DNA of 64,000 bases from positions 1 through 64,000 of the forward strand of contig JANJGN010001343.1 of NCBI GenBank assembly GCA_026770705.1. The letters run 5' to 3'. Below are positions 62,864-64,000 of this stretch, piece after piece. Below the pieces are notes generated by a model that saw nothing but the letters and a program-made list of their open reading frames with translations, did not search any database and was not told the DNA's origin. The first letter of the stretch is position 1. Every line of letters starts with the position of its first letter. The translations under genes and the position numbers were made by a program. Origin of the DNA: Isurus oxyrinchus (Eukaryota).

Positions 62864-62944
62864 AAGAGAGGAAAGGGGAAAGCAGGAATCAAATCGAACC
62901 ATCGTGTTGATGAACATCGAAGTCCTGTTTATGAAAACTGTGAG
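62864..62944 (+). CDS. Tyr-motif cytoplasmic exon (KRGKGKAGIKSNHRVDEHRSPVYENCE), 3' end replaced by a LINE fragment
   Basis: Acceptor ctctattacag and KSN..Y.NCE align with the 37987 exon; homology stops at ~62944. Confidence 0.68.
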
Positions 62945-63099
62945 CGTGGTTGGGCTTTGAGGAATCAGGTGAGTCACACGCCACAGGATCCCCAGTCTCT
63001 CAGCTGCTCCAGTAGCCTGGTTATTGATATGGCTGCTCCAGTCCTGTATCTGCAATGTTTTATACAGTCACTCCCAAACCCAACCAAACTCACACCCAA

Positions 63100-64000
63100 C
63101 ACCATTCAGAATCAATAATCAAACCCCGTTCAGAATCAATAATCAAACCCCATTCAGAATCAATAATCAAACCCCATTCAGTATCAATAATCAAACCCCG
63201 TTCAGTATCAATAATCAAACCCCGTTCAGAATCAATAATCAAACCCCGTTCAGAATCAATAATCAAACCCCGATCAGAATCAATAATCAAACCCCGTTCA
63301 GTATCAATAATCAAACCCCATTCAGTATCAATAATCAAACCCCGTTCAGTATCAATAATCAAACCCCGTTCAGAATCAATAATCAAACCCCGTTCAGAAT
63401 CAATAATCAAACCCCGTTCAGAATCAATAATCAAACCCCATTCAGAATCAATAATCAAAACCCATTCAATATCAATAATCAAACCCCATTCAGTATCAAT
63501 AATCAAACCCCGTTCAGAATCAGTATTCACACCCCATTCAGTATCAATAATCAAACCCCATTCAGAATCAATAATCAAACCCCATTCAGAATCAATAATC
63601 AAACCCTGTTCAGAATCAATAATCAAACCCCATTCAGTATCAATAATCAAACCCCGTTCAGTATCAATAATCAAACCCCGTTCAGAATCAATAATCAAAC
63701 CCCATTCAGTATCAATAATCAAACCCCGTTCAGAATCAATAATCAAACCCCTTTCAGTATCAATAATCAAACCCTGTTCAGAATCAATAATTAAACCCCG
63801 TTCAGTATCAATAATCAAACCCCCTTCAGAATCAATAATCAAACCCCGATCAGAATCAATAATCAAATCCCGTCCAGAATCAATAATCAAACCCTGTTCA
63901 GAATCAATAATCAAACCCCGTTCAGAATCCATAATCAAACCCTGTTCAGAATCAATAATCAAACACCGTTCAGAATCAAAAATCACACCCCGTTCATTAT
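63100..64000. repeat. 24-bp minisatellite (CAGAATCAATAATCAAACCCCGTT)n
   Basis: About 37 units; explains the FRINNQTP and LIIDSERG periodic ORFs. Confidence 0.97.

Noticed and set aside
63024-63986. 256-aa and 298-aa periodic ORFs
   Set aside because: The 24-bp unit is stop-free in those frames; this is a satellite, not a gene.

Overview
Eukaryotic, repeat-rich vertebrate DNA, almost certainly a shark (cartilaginous fish), judging by its Deu-domain SINEs, CR1/L2 LINEs, Penelope-type hairpins and retroposon-seeded minisatellites. There are two assembly gaps. Most ORFs in the supplied track are low-complexity or repeat artefacts. The real genic content is a multi-exon cluster of Siglec/MAG-like genes (leader - V-set with essential Arg - C2 - C2 - TM), reconstructed here from GT/AG boundaries and exon phases. 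Gene B (- strand, 25297-33364) and gene C (+, 41322-45883) are head-to-head inverted copies that end in a TM exon with an intramembrane Arg and an 11-aa Tyr-free tail (activating type). Gene D (+, 49152-~62944) has an almost identical ectodomain but a different, uncharged TM exon and a Tyr-motif tail exon (inhibitory type). An orphan ITIM-like exon (37987-38103), a divergent V-only pseudogene (A) and a truncated extra V exon complete the set. The best-supported novel reading is a paired activating/inhibitory Siglec-like receptor locus evolving by inversion, gene conversion, V-loop diversification and transposon-driven pseudogenisation.
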